Notes under the pieces: generated by a model | The model's input: the letters and a program-made list of their open reading frames with translations, nothing else | Databases searched by the model: none | What the model was told of the DNA's origin: nothing | Assembly (NCBI GenBank): GCA_977018835.1 | Contig: OZ361260.1 | Coordinates: 3,720,001 to 3,784,000, forward strand | Length of the DNA: 64,000 nt | Reading direction: 5' to 3' | DNA from: Minutocellus sp. GHC0000111 | Taxonomy: Eukaryota | Made by a program: the position numbers and the translations under genes | Part shown: piece by piece, positions 35,301-46,372 of the stretch | Position numbering within the stretch: the stretch's first letter is position 1 | Layout: each line of letters opens with the position of its first letter

Positions 35301-38300
35301 GAAGAGCAAAGGCGACGACGAGGATGAGGACGACGAAGACAAGAACGAGCAGAAGCAGAGAGTTATACTCACTCTTGTGGCTAAATATTTGTCTCGCAAG
35401 GGTGACTACAAGGAAGCACTGGCTTGCTACGAGGATCACATGCTATGGTACCCGACGATGCTCCGGACCGCGTCGAGATTGTATCCGATGATATGTTTCA
35501 GATGGGCAATCTTTGTGCTCGGATGCAATTGCTCGACATGTCCATCGAACACTTCCAGGAATGCCTCGAATGAGGAAGAAGGAAGGCGACATGGAAGAGG
35601 GCGTCGCAAAGGCACTTTTCAACATGGCCGTTGTTCAGGAGAAGAAGGAAGACCACGATGCCGCCATCAAGTCTCTCCGAGAAGCTCTGAAATACTACAA
35701 AATGAAGCAGCTCGACGTAGATGTGGCTTCCACACTCAACAAGCTCGGCCGCGTCCAGGAAAAGATTGATCATTTCGAGGAGGCCCTCGAGTGTTACACC
35801 GAGGCGATTGAACTTCGACGTACTTCGGCGTCTGGAGAGGAGGAAAAGATTTGGCCATGGCGTCGGACCCTCCATGACTATGCGAGTGTTCTTATCAAGT
35901 TGGGCGCTGACGACCAAAAGGCCCGGGAGATCCTTGAAGAGTGCTTAACAATCCGATCATCCAAGGCCTCCAAGGACGACCTCAAGACGTTGTGGAATCA
36001 CTTCATCTGTTTGCCGACTTGTCAATTAAAAAGGGAGGATATCAAAAGGCGATCAAATTCCTCAACCGCATCTTGGCTGTTTGTAGAGAAAAGCTCGGAA
36101 ACGATCACAAGGACGTCGGCGGATGTCTACACTCACTAGGCCTCGCCCACATGGAGAGGGGTGAGATCGATCAGGCACTGGACTATCTCACTGAGAGCCT
36201 TGCCATCCGCAATGAGTCCTTTGGCGAAGAAAGTCTCGAAACAGGAGCAACTCTGCATATTCTCGGACGTGCATACCGGAAGAAGGGCCAAAATGATAAG
36301 GCGGCTAGCGCCCTCGTTCGAGCTCTTCGTATCCGAAAGGTTGAGCTGGGCAATGACGCATTCGAGTGTGCTCAAACGCTTTGCAGTCTCGGCGAGGTCC
36401 AAGAGGCCATGGGCAAGAACCAAGAAGCGTTGAATTGCTACAATGAAGGCCTTCGTGTGTTCCGATTGGAAGAGGGCAGGAAGAGCCTTTCGGTTGCCGA
36501 GGCCCTCTTACGCACCGGGCAGCTGCTCATTAAAATTGACAAGCCCGACGCGGCTCTACGAGACCTCCGAGAAGCTTTGAGCATCCACCAAAAGCTAGAA
36601 AGCGGACCTCAACGCGAAGCCGACGTTCTGCTCAGTATTGGAAAGGCATATGCTACCAACGGAAGAACAGAAGTGGCGCTAGAAAAGTTCAAGACCTGTC
36701 AAAAAATTCGCATGGAGGAGAACGGCGAGGATCACGCCTCGGTGGCTCACGTGCTCGTCGAGATTGGCGAATTATCAGAATCGCAAGGTGGCCTCCAAGA
36801 AGCCCTGGGATGCTACAATAAGAGCATTCGTATCTATCGGAAGCGTCTTGGCGATCGCGATGTTCAAATCGCCAAGTGTCTGAACAAGGTAGCTGCAGTT
36901 TACACCGAAGAAGGCGATTTCGGCGAAGCTCTCGGCGCATGCAAGGAGGCTCTTACCATCTACAAGGAGGAGCTACTGCAAGGCAGTGATGCCCTCGAGG
37001 TTGGTCACACGCAGCATCAGATTGGAGGGATTTATGACCAATTGAAACGTTTTGATGATTCCCTGGAATGCTTCACAGAAGCGCTTCGCGTTTTCGAGCT
37101 CAATCTCGGTGAGGATGACCTGACTGTTGCTCTTGCTCGAAATAATATGGGCATCAACTACGCTCGGCGCAAGGACTATAATAAGGCCATCGAACTATGC
37201 AGCGAAGCGTTGAGAATCCGTAGACTTCACGCCGAGGAGGGCGATCAGAGTGGCTGCGACGTAGCCGATACCACCTTCAACCTTGCCAGTATATACGATG
37301 AGGCCGAGAATTACGACAAGGCCCTCAAGTTGTACGGCGAGGCGCTGGCAGCGTATCGCGAGAGCCTCGGTGACGATGACATAGAGGTGGCCAATTGTCT
37401 CAAGTTCATCGGCGTCATTTTGGTCTCCCGAAAGGATTTCGAAGAAGCCCAGCACACACTTTTGGAGGCCGTGCGTATCTACAAGGCCGAGGACTCCATT
37501 CGCCACAACGTGGACCTAGCAACCGTCCTGTACAATCTTGGTTTGGTCTACGAGAAGCGCCAAGATTTGGAGAAGGCACTCAATTGTCACGCACAGTGTC
37601 TTCGCATACGAAAAGCAGAGCTAGGCGAAAACGACAAGGACATTGCGCACCCTGCCTTGCACATTGGTTCCATCTACCTCCCCCGTGGTAAGGTCGACGA
37701 GGCTCTGGTATTTCTCAATACAGCCCTCGAGCTCTACGGAAGTGAGTGGGGCAAGGAGAGTTCTGAGTACGCCGATGCCCTTTCCAAGGTGGCCGCAGCC
37801 CACATCGCTCAGGAAGAGTATGATTTGGCCCTATCGGAATTGCATGCTTGTCTCGGTATCTGCAAGAAGAAGGATGGCACGGGTGACGCCGAGAACAGCG
37901 AAAAGATCGCCAACATCCTGTCCTTGATCGGTACGATCCACAATAGACAAGTTGAGTATGAAGAAGCGATGAAGTTCTACTCAGGCGCTCTTAAAATTCG
38001 AATCAAGTTGCACGGCAAGAATCATGAGAAGGTTGCCACCACAATGATGGAAATTGGCAACGTTCTTGAGGACTGGGGCGATTCCGACGAAGCCCTCGAT
38101 TGTTACTCCGAATGTCTGCGGATCCAGCGATTGGGACATGGCGACGAAAGTATAGCAGTCGCCGAGACTCTGAACAAACTTGGCGGTGTCTTTGCGGAGC
38201 GAGAAGAGCACGAAAGGGCACTCAAATCATTCGACGAAGCTCTCACCATCTATAAATCTCATCTTGGCGACAACGCAGTGGACGTTGGCCACACCTGGCA

Positions 38301-39078
38301 TCAAATGGGCAAAGCTCATGATGCACTGGAGCAGCACGATGAATCCTTACATTGTTTTACAGAAGCCCTCCGCATTTTCAGGACGCAACTAGGTGAAGAA
38401 GATCTGACCGTGGCGCTTGCTTTGAACAATGTGGGCGTCAATTACGCCCGGCGAAAGGAGTATGCCAAGGCTATCGAGCTCTGCAGTGAGGCGCTTCGAA
38501 TCCGTAAAGTCCGTCTAGGCGAAGGGCATTTGGACATCGCCGACGGACTCTACAATCTTGCAAACATCCTCGACGAATGGCGACGATACGACCAAGCTCT
38601 TAAGTTCTACAGTCAGGCCCTTGCAATTTATCGCTCCAATTGTCTAATTTGTCTACAATTCATGGGAAGCATCTTTATGAAGGAGAACGAGCACGACCGA
38701 GCTCTAACCTGCTTCAATGAAGCCGTTCGCATTTATCGGCAGAAAGACGGCGGAGAAGACGAGCTTGCCGGGACATTGTTTTATCTGGGACGGATATTTG
38801 TGAGTACCGTGAAAGCTGATGGCTACTGCTTGTCGTGTCTATAGCTTGTCATCTCTTACTATCTTTCTCACCTCTCTCACCTCTTTTGCGTTTCAATCCA
38901 TTCCTTCTTCATCACCTCCACACCGCAGGCTAAGAGAGCAGAATTCAAGTCAAGCCTTGATTGCTTCACCGAGAGCTATCAGCTTAGAAAGAGCCAGCTC
39001 GGCGAGAACCACGTTGACACAGTCGAAGCTGCCAGATTCGTTGCAGCGATCGAACGAAAGCTCCACTCTGGAAGATAG
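29331..39078 (+). CDS. Giant TPR-repeat protein (KLC/nephrocystin-3-type ~42-aa repeats) with an acidic N-terminus; introns 33519..33654, 34811..34911 and 38800..38928; several frameshifts
   Basis: Dozens of EALRIR..LGEDHxDVAxTLxNLG repeats across ORFs 29229, 33614, 35083, 35513 and 35941; canonical GT..AG introns; last exon ends at TAG 39076-39078. Confidence 0.85.
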
Positions 39079-39218
39079 TCGACGTCGATTTTAAAAGGGA
39101 GCTTGTATGTAATAGTAATAACACGCACAACCACATTCTTGCTACCGATACACGTTTATTCTAACCTATGATTATTTTTTATTTGTCCAAGGCCATGCAT
39201 GCGGTCATCTGTGTGCCT

Positions 39219-40382
39219 CTATTCGTCCGCCACACTAATGACGACCTTGCCCTTGACATGTCGCGTTTCTTGCAGCATGAATGCCTCCACAATACCGTCC
39301 GTTGTGAATGGGAAGGGACCTCTCGGATCGATGCAAGGTGCAACGAGGCCCTCGGAAACAAGCCGAAGGATTCTATCTAAATCTGTTCTTTTTGAAGGAA
39401 GCCCGATCGCATAGGTATACTTCGGCAAGCGACCTCGAGTTGTAAGCCTTGAGTACATTGCTCGCCAAAGGGCTGGGAACAAGAATATTTTCAGAATTGC
39501 CCACCATGTATGTGCTTCGAATGACGGTTCATCAGGACAGAGAGTTAGATATCTCCCGCCCTCGTTGGCTGTCTTCACAATTGATGCCTTGCCAGACTTG
39601 GACTTCTCCAAGAGCTTCAGCCACCCTCCCGATGCCAAATCAATGATAACGTCAAATTTATTGCTTTGCCATTCTTCTTTGGAGAAGGGGTCTTCTTTCG
39701 TGTAGTCCACCGCCGCATCCACTGCCAGAGGTTTCTCTGTTAATCGGTGTGGATCGCTCGAGACTCCAGCGACAAATGATGCTTTCTTGATGCGGGCCAA
39801 CTGGCAAAGGAGCGAACCAACACCACCGCCAGCACCAGGTATGAGCACTCGATCGCCCTCCTTGATCCTGTCGAAGAGAGCTATCGCAGCTGGTCCCGAG
39901 CTTCCAAGAGATGCTGCATCGGTGGATCGAACATTGTCCGGCACCTTGGAGCACACCGACGATGCATGGACCGCTGCATATTCGCCCAGAGCTCCACGGG
40001 GTGCTTCGTGAAACATCGCACATATCTTGTCTCCTACTTTGAACGGCAAATCGGGGGGTGCTTCGTCATCTAATTCGGTGATAACGCCACAGACATCTCC
40101 TCCTGGAACATATGGGAACGCCGGTGGCCCTTGAAGTGGTGCAGTCTTGCCGCTGAGGACTCTGCAATCGCCAGGAGCCAATGCGACGGCATGAACCTTG
40201 ATAATCGCCCAATCTTTGCGTTGCTTTTTCGGGATGCTGTCGGCCAGAGCAAGAGACGGAATCTTCACGCCGGTCTCTACTCTGAGCATATCTTGAGGGG
40301 CACCATATCCACTTCCTTGGCATGCCTTCATCGTTGTCATTGCGGTGGCTGGTTCCATCGCCATGTTTGATTGTAGAGGCAA
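39219..40382 (-). CDS. MDR-superfamily NAD(P)H oxidoreductase (quinone-oxidoreductase/RTN4IP1-like)
   Basis: PYVPGGDVCGV, FKVGDKI, GALGEYA, VLIPGAGGGVGS, HVKGKVVI. Confidence 0.88.
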   Translation of the reverse strand: MPLQSNMAMEPATAMTTMKACQGSGYGAPQDMLRVETGVKIPSLALADSIPKKQRKDWAIIKVHAVALAPGDCRVLSGKTAPLQGPPAFPYVPGGDVCGVITELDDEAPPDLPFKVGDKICAMFHEAPRGALGEYAAVHASSVCSKVPDNVRSTDAASLGSSGPAAIALFDRIKEGDRVLIPGAGGGVGSLLCQLARIKKASFVAGVSSDPHRLTEKPLAVDAAVDYTKEDPFSKEEWQSNKFDVIIDLASGGWLKLLEKSKSGKASIVKTANEGGRYLTLCPDEPSFEAHTWWAILKIFLFPALWRAMYSRLTTRGRLPKYTYAIGLPSKRTDLDRILRLVSEGLVAPCIDPRGPFPFTTDGIVEAFMLQETRHVKGKVVISVADE

Positions 40383-40649
40383 TTGATATGTTGCAAAGTG
40401 CCACCTCTTGTATTGGTTCGCTGCGTTTCACCGGCCGCTCGTGGGAGAGATGTGTTCATCGTTGTTCTTTTTCTTTGACTGCCGCGTGCGAAGGCGAAAG
40501 ATCTTTCTCGGTCACACAACACCCCGAAATTTCGACACAGGGATCCTTGTGAGGGTAAGGAATCGGCAACATTGTCGAGAAATTTTCGGTACAAAGTTGA
40601 TCTACAACTTAGGAGAGAAGTACCGGTACCTGTACAGAGCTCCCTACTA

Positions 40650-42419
40650 CTATTTAGTTTCCGGACTAACATAAAATAACGCGGCAGTGAGATAGTTACC
40701 AGCAGGATAACTTGCGGGGCTTTGAGTGTGACAGGGTGCGGCACCACTCTTTCGAAGCAAAGTGACTTGTCTTCCAGCTGCAAGCGCAGCGTTTTGGACA
40801 GTTTGCAAAAAGAAGTTGCCACCATCCTTCTGGGTCATTGCACCTGAACACGTGCACGTCAGTAGCAAACCTCCCTCCTTCCTATCAATAATCTTCATGG
40901 CATCGCGATTCAAAGCGTGGTATTTGCGCGATGCTCTATCCAAACCAGAGACTGATGGCGCCAGCTTTGGCGGATCCAGCACAATGACATCATACTCCTT
41001 TGCATCGTCATTCGCATCCTTCATATACTGGGCAATATCGTCTCGAAGGAATTGTATCCGGCTATCGTCCAGACCATTGAGCTCGGCGTTAGCGATAGCC
41101 GCATCAATGGCATCCTGTGACGAATCGACGCCTGTGCAACTCGAGGCTCCTCCATGCACCATGGCATTCAGTGCAAAGCCTCCGTTGTAGCAGCACAGAT
41201 CCAGGACTCGCTTGTCATCGCAAAGCTTGGCCACATCCAATCGATTGTCTCTCTGATCACAATAGAAACCAGTCTTTTGAGAACTCCCGAAAGGATACGT
41301 GTGGTATTTCACGCCGGACTCTGTCACAATTACGCACTCGTCATTACCAGATTCATCGCCATCGGCCTCTGACAACTCATATCCATCCTGCTTGAGAAAG
41401 CTTGGAGTGTTTCTCCACACAATTTCAAGACCATCTTGCTCCGAGTACAGAGGGTGTTCCTTCAGCACGGCATCGAGTGTCTCCAATATCGTTGCCTTGT
41501 GAATCTCCACCCACGCTGCAGATGACATTACTACAGCCACCTTGCCGCCCAGCACATCCACCGCAAAACCCGAAAGGCCATCGCCTTCGCCATTGACAAG
41601 CCGATAGCTGTCGGTAGAATCCGAGGGAAGATTGAGAGACAATCGCGCCTGGATGGATTCATGCAGCTTCGTCTGCAGAATGAGGGCAACTGCCTCTCGC
41701 TCTGCCCCCTCCTCATCGTTGGCATCGTCCTTCATCGCCGCCTTCACCTTCTTCAAGAGCGCTCCGTGCGACGATCCATGGCACAAGATGCGAACTCGAT
41801 ACATTGACAAAGGATTGTACATGCCAACACCAATATCTTGCGCCTGCTTGATCATTTGCGCTTCGTCGCTCTTGTCGTCACTAATGATTTGATGAGGGAT
41901 CTCAGCACGAGCCGCATCGCCTCCACGGCCGCCGCCGCCGCCGCCGCGACCACCGCGGCCTCCTCTTCGCCGATCTTTGCCAGATGATTTCTTCTTGTTG
42001 TCGCCGGCATCTTTCTTGGGACTTACAGCTACCAGTACCAGCGATCCCATCTGTAGAGTCGAGGTGGAGGATGGGCCGCCACCCAAGCTAAATGTCGATT
42101 CGATCGCCCCCGAAAAAACAAGCGGAGAACCATTACGGAACGCCATGCTTTGCTTGTTGCGCCGAACGAGGACCACATCATGTGAGTTGTTGGGTGGCAA
42201 CGCTGATTCGTCAGCGGTAGTAGTCTCGTCAGCACCCTGCTCGATGTCGGCAGCAGTAGATGAAAGGAGAGAGGGATGAGAATTCTGATACCAGCGGGCA
42301 GCAGCAGACTGTGGATAACGGCTCAGCGCTGGCGACGAGAACGCATGTGCTGCATATCTGGGCTGATGACCAGCCTGATGCCGGAGAGCGGCAAGCAGAG
42401 CAATCGCAAGTACTCTCAT
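40650..42419 (-). CDS. RlmI-like 23S rRNA m5C methyltransferase, probably plastid-targeted
   Basis: YRLVNGEGDGLSG, QKTGFYCDQRDNR, VLDLCCYNGGF, YDVIVLDPPKLA; presequence MRVLAIALLAAL..AHA-FSS. Confidence 0.88.
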   Translation of the reverse strand: MRVLAIALLAALRHQAGHQPRYAAHAFSSPALSRYPQSAAARWYQNSHPSLLSSTAADIEQGADETTTADESALPPNNSHDVVLVRRNKQSMAFRNGSPLVFSGAIESTFSLGGGPSSTSTLQMGSLVLVAVSPKKDAGDNKKKSSGKDRRRGGRGGRGGGGGGRGGDAARAEIPHQIISDDKSDEAQMIKQAQDIGVGMYNPLSMYRVRILCHGSSHGALLKKVKAAMKDDANDEEGAEREAVALILQTKLHESIQARLSLNLPSDSTDSYRLVNGEGDGLSGFAVDVLGGKVAVVMSSAAWVEIHKATILETLDAVLKEHPLYSEQDGLEIVWRNTPSFLKQDGYELSEADGDESGNDECVIVTESGVKYHTYPFGSSQKTGFYCDQRDNRLDVAKLCDDKRVLDLCCYNGGFALNAMVHGGASSCTGVDSSQDAIDAAIANAELNGLDDSRIQFLRDDIAQYMKDANDDAKEYDVIVLDPPKLAPSVSGLDRASRKYHALNRDAMKIIDRKEGGLLLTCTCSGAMTQKDGGNFFLQTVQNAALAAGRQVTLLRKSGAAPCHTQSPASYPAGNYLTAALFYVSPETK

Positions 42420-42615
42420 GGCTATTCTGTGGCAAGTCTGCGCCAAGGGGCGTACAATCAGCCAAAAATTTGGACGGCGCTGGCTCAATGTCAATGATTG
42501 GACGGGAGACAGCAAGACGGCGGTTTTGCGGCAAGATCGAAAGCAATGATTCGCGCAGAGCAGCAGCTCCATCATATTTTCTTTTTGCTTATTGTCTACA
42601 TAAAGTACCAGCCAT

Positions 42616-44598
42616 TTACGCTACCGCTGGGTCCAAGGTGCCAATGTTTACACTTGAGTATCCCACCAGACGACTCAGACCGTCTCGATACATACTCTCA
42701 ATTTCCTCCTCGTACTTACTGGCTACGATTGCTCGCTTGAGCTTCATCGTCGGGGTCAGCTCGTGAGTTGCCACGCTGAACGGAAATTCGAGCACATGCG
42801 CTCGCTGGACTCTCTGAGCTCGGCTCTTGGCATGCGAGTTGTTGTAGGTTTCGATGGCGGTTTCAACTTGTTCTGGTGTAAGAATTTCATGGCCCTCACC
42901 TTCCGGAGGAGCAATGAGTATGGTCAAGTACTTTCTCTTATCACCGATCAACACCACATGGCCTGCGCCAGGACCCAGGAGAGACTTGATTGATTCCTCG
43001 ATAGGATTAGGGGCGACATTTTCTCCACCAGCAGTAATGATAAGATCCTTCTTTCGGCCTGTAATGTAGAGATACCCTTCATCATCCACCTTGCCAATAT
43101 CTCCGGTATGGAGGAAGCCTGTTTCGCGAGGAATGGCAGCTTCGGTCGCATCAGCTAGGCCCTTATATCCCAACATGTTGTTTAGACCTTGCCAGGTAAT
43201 CTCTCCATCATCGGCAATTGCGAGCTCACCGTTGGGCAGGGCACGACCGCATGCGCCAAGAGGACGGGAGCAATCGTTTGGACCACACACAGCGATAGCA
43301 CCATTGCTTTCGCTCATCCCAAAGACTTCCAAAAGAGGAAGGTCGACCGAGCGCAAGTAATCCAGTTCATCAGAGGACAGAGGCGCGGCACCAGTATACA
43401 GGAACTTGCACCGATCAAGACCGCATCCCTTTCGAACCTTTTTGACTGCAAGAATTTTGAAGAAACCAAAAAGTGGAGCTAAACCAAGACATCTTGCAAT
43501 CTCGGGAGTATCATGGCACCACCAGGCGCCTCCCACCGACTTGGCGGCAGATCCAATGGCTTTTAGGACAGGTCCCGATCCTCGTTTACTATAAGACTTT
43601 GCTGCTGCAGCTTGCATAGCCGCCGCCATCTTTTCCCACACACGAGGGACGCCAAAGAACAGAGTCGGCCGAACCTTGAGCAAAGTATCTTTTAGCGAAC
43701 CTCTCAAGGCATTTGAGTCGGCAAAGTAGACCGTAGCACCACAAAATAACGACGAAAAGATGTCGATTCCCATTGCTGCAATGTGGCTGAGCGGAAGATA
43801 GGAAACTACTACAGTCTTTTCATCCAAAGGGATACGGGCGTGCATTTGAGCACAAACGGCAGCGATAGAACTGTGCGATAATTCGACGGCCTTGGGGTTT
43901 CCTGTCGTTCCTGAGGTGTAGACCAAAGATGCAACCGAATCACCAGGTAGATCACAGGGTTTTAGTATATCAACATCCTTGTAGACGAGAAAGTTGCTAA
44001 ACGATGAAACGCGAGGGTGCTTCACACCATCGCCTGATCCATGGAGGTAGACAATCTTGAGTTGAGGGAAATCTTTCATCACGTTCTTGTACACCGAGTC
44101 GAGCATGTCAATATCCTCGATGACCAGAACCCGAACATCCGATGTGCGCAAGACATGTGAGGCCTGCTCGTACGTGTTGGTGAGGTAGATGCCACTGACG
44201 GTCCAGCCGGCTGCCAACGCTCCCATGGCGGAAACGAACCAATTGGGCTCGTGGATCGCTACTCCGCACTGTGCTCCACCTGTACTTGGCCGATCAATTT
44301 GCACCAAAGCACGAGCATATTGCTGCACCTTTTCATAGTATTCAGCCCACGTGCACTGACTGCCGTCGGCACCCTCGAGAGCCAGCTGATCGCGCTGCTT
44401 GCTTTCGGACGACGTTGCCCGCCATTCCAGCGCTTCGACGGCGTTGGATACTTGCGGCATTAGGCCACCCTGCGAGGCGACTTTTCTTTCACGCGAGGTA
44501 ATCCGACGACGCCGATAGGCGCGATAGAGGAGTGTGGTTACTCCCACTGTTCCCCAGGTGGTGAGGGCATAAGTCAAGGACTTGCTGCTCGGCGCCAT
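42616..44598 (-). CDS. Long-chain fatty acyl-CoA synthetase (bubblegum/ACSBG-like)
   Basis: YTSGTTGNPK, SYLPLSHIAA, FFGVPRVWEK, LHTGDIG, GRKKDLIITAGGEN, ELTPTMKLKR. Confidence 0.9.
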   Translation of the reverse strand: MAPSSKSLTYALTTWGTVGVTTLLYRAYRRRRITSRERKVASQGGLMPQVSNAVEALEWRATSSESKQRDQLALEGADGSQCTWAEYYEKVQQYARALVQIDRPSTGGAQCGVAIHEPNWFVSAMGALAAGWTVSGIYLTNTYEQASHVLRTSDVRVLVIEDIDMLDSVYKNVMKDFPQLKIVYLHGSGDGVKHPRVSSFSNFLVYKDVDILKPCDLPGDSVASLVYTSGTTGNPKAVELSHSSIAAVCAQMHARIPLDEKTVVVSYLPLSHIAAMGIDIFSSLFCGATVYFADSNALRGSLKDTLLKVRPTLFFGVPRVWEKMAAAMQAAAAKSYSKRGSGPVLKAIGSAAKSVGGAWWCHDTPEIARCLGLAPLFGFFKILAVKKVRKGCGLDRCKFLYTGAAPLSSDELDYLRSVDLPLLEVFGMSESNGAIAVCGPNDCSRPLGACGRALPNGELAIADDGEITWQGLNNMLGYKGLADATEAAIPRETGFLHTGDIGKVDDEGYLYITGRKKDLIITAGGENVAPNPIEESIKSLLGPGAGHVVLIGDKRKYLTILIAPPEGEGHEILTPEQVETAIETYNNSHAKSRAQRVQRAHVLEFPFSVATHELTPTMKLKRAIVASKYEEEIESMYRDGLSRLVGYSSVNIGTLDPAVA

Positions 44599-44829
44599 GG
44601 TTGCAGTTCGGATTGTTGCCGCCGCCGAGTGGATGAGTGGAGGTGGGTCGGCGACGGAGGCAAATCTTTAAGGGAATCTTCATTACCTCCCAGATCGCCA
44701 TAGGATGACCTCCCCCACCCCCATACCGCCCGGAGTCTGTCGGTAAACTTGCAGGTACGGCTAAGATCTAGCTAGCAGACTACGGGCTAGATCTACGCAG
44801 TGCCATCTACCTTAGATCCACAGAGTGTT

Positions 44830-46372
44830 TCATTCACTCTTTCCAACCACAACAAATAGGTTCCTTGCGAGCCTTCGAATTGCTCTGACCTTCAGTGCAT
44901 TCATTTCCTCGACATCAGCTGAGGTGTTGTTGTCGTCATTACTACCGGCACCATTTCCACCCTTGCCAACTCCAGCAAGTCTCTTGGCGAATCTATCAAC
45001 GTCAAAGCTCAGGGGCAACTTGAGGCCAATTGCACTCGGGTTCAGCTTTCCCATCACCGTCTTTACAACCTCCGAGAGCGGCATGTCACCGAGCTTGAGC
45101 CCTTCTTCGTCATAATCATCATCGTCTCCTTGGTTGCCATTCGGGACCATCTTGCTTCCTTGCCGGCGATAATGTATACCACCAAACGGTGGATCGATAA
45201 TCACTGCCGCTTGTTTAGAACCATCAAGGCCATCTGATCGAAGCTCAGCAAGTAAGGAATCCAAGGCAAGGAGGGAGTCTCCACATCGGAGAGAGATATC
45301 AACATTCGATGCGCCCGCCCTTTCTTCGACATTTTGCTTCAGGAATTCGATTCTGCTTGAATCAATCTCATATGCAATTACTTTGGGGAATATCTTGCAC
45401 AGCCCCATGGTATTGCCTCCAACGCCAGCAGTCATATCGATTGCAACTCTTGATTCTTCTGCTTTCGATTTTTCGCCAGTAGTCATATTATTGGCAAGGA
45501 CTTTGGCCATGGCAAGAGCGCTCGTTGCGTCAGTCAGGGAATAAGTTCCAACCTCGTCGGCATGCAGTAAATGCTTCTTACGTTTCGATCCCCAAGCATC
45601 GTTGTTGGTATCCGCGAAATCAAAATCCGTGAGTCTGCAATACCAGACATTATTACGCTGCTCATCTTGATACATCTCAACTGATGAATCAAATGCGGCT
45701 GAATTGCCTCGAACAACCGTGGTGAGGTCTCTGCCTCCGAGCAATCGCCTCATTTTCTCATCAGTCATTATATTGCCAACATCGAGACCGCCGACGGCAT
45801 TCCCTCGTTCTCTCAGTATGCTCACTAACTTGGTGCATGTTCCTTCCAAGTCAATTGAATTGCTCCCACCCTCGTCTTCTTCTTCGCCCCGAAGACTCTG
45901 GACGAGACCGACACTTGCTCTAACATTTTCCTTGTGCTCACCAACGACAAATATGGCATCTGCATGCCGCGTTATGAAATCCAAAAGTATAGACTCAGTC
46001 TTCAAATTCCACTCTTTGGAGAGAGGAAGCACATCCATTGGTCTATTGGGCTGCAACCGCGCAAACATGTGAAGTTCCTTGGGACATTTCTTGACGAGCC
46101 AGGGCACAGAAGCGCCACTTGATTCGTCGGATGTCTTATTTTGTTCATCACAATCGTCAGCCTTTCGATTTTCTCTTCTCCGTCGCAACTTGCAATAGTT
46201 CTGTCTAAGTCGATAAATCAACCGCTCCTTCAACGCCTCTTCCGCATCGTGTAACTTGCTCTTGTATTCTCCATTGTTGTTAGCAACAAAGTCCTCGACC
46301 AACTTGACAGCCCTTTGCCGACCGGCATTAGTCAGCGATACAATATGTGGAGGCTTTGATCTATTGCTGATA
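44830..46372 (-). pseudogene. 3' part of a TGS1-like (cap guanine-N2) SAM methyltransferase gene, split by a transposon
   Basis: TYSLT, IDMTAGVGGNT, AYEIDSSRIEFLKQN, IDPPFGG. The ORF start in the track lies inside the transposon end. Confidence 0.7.
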
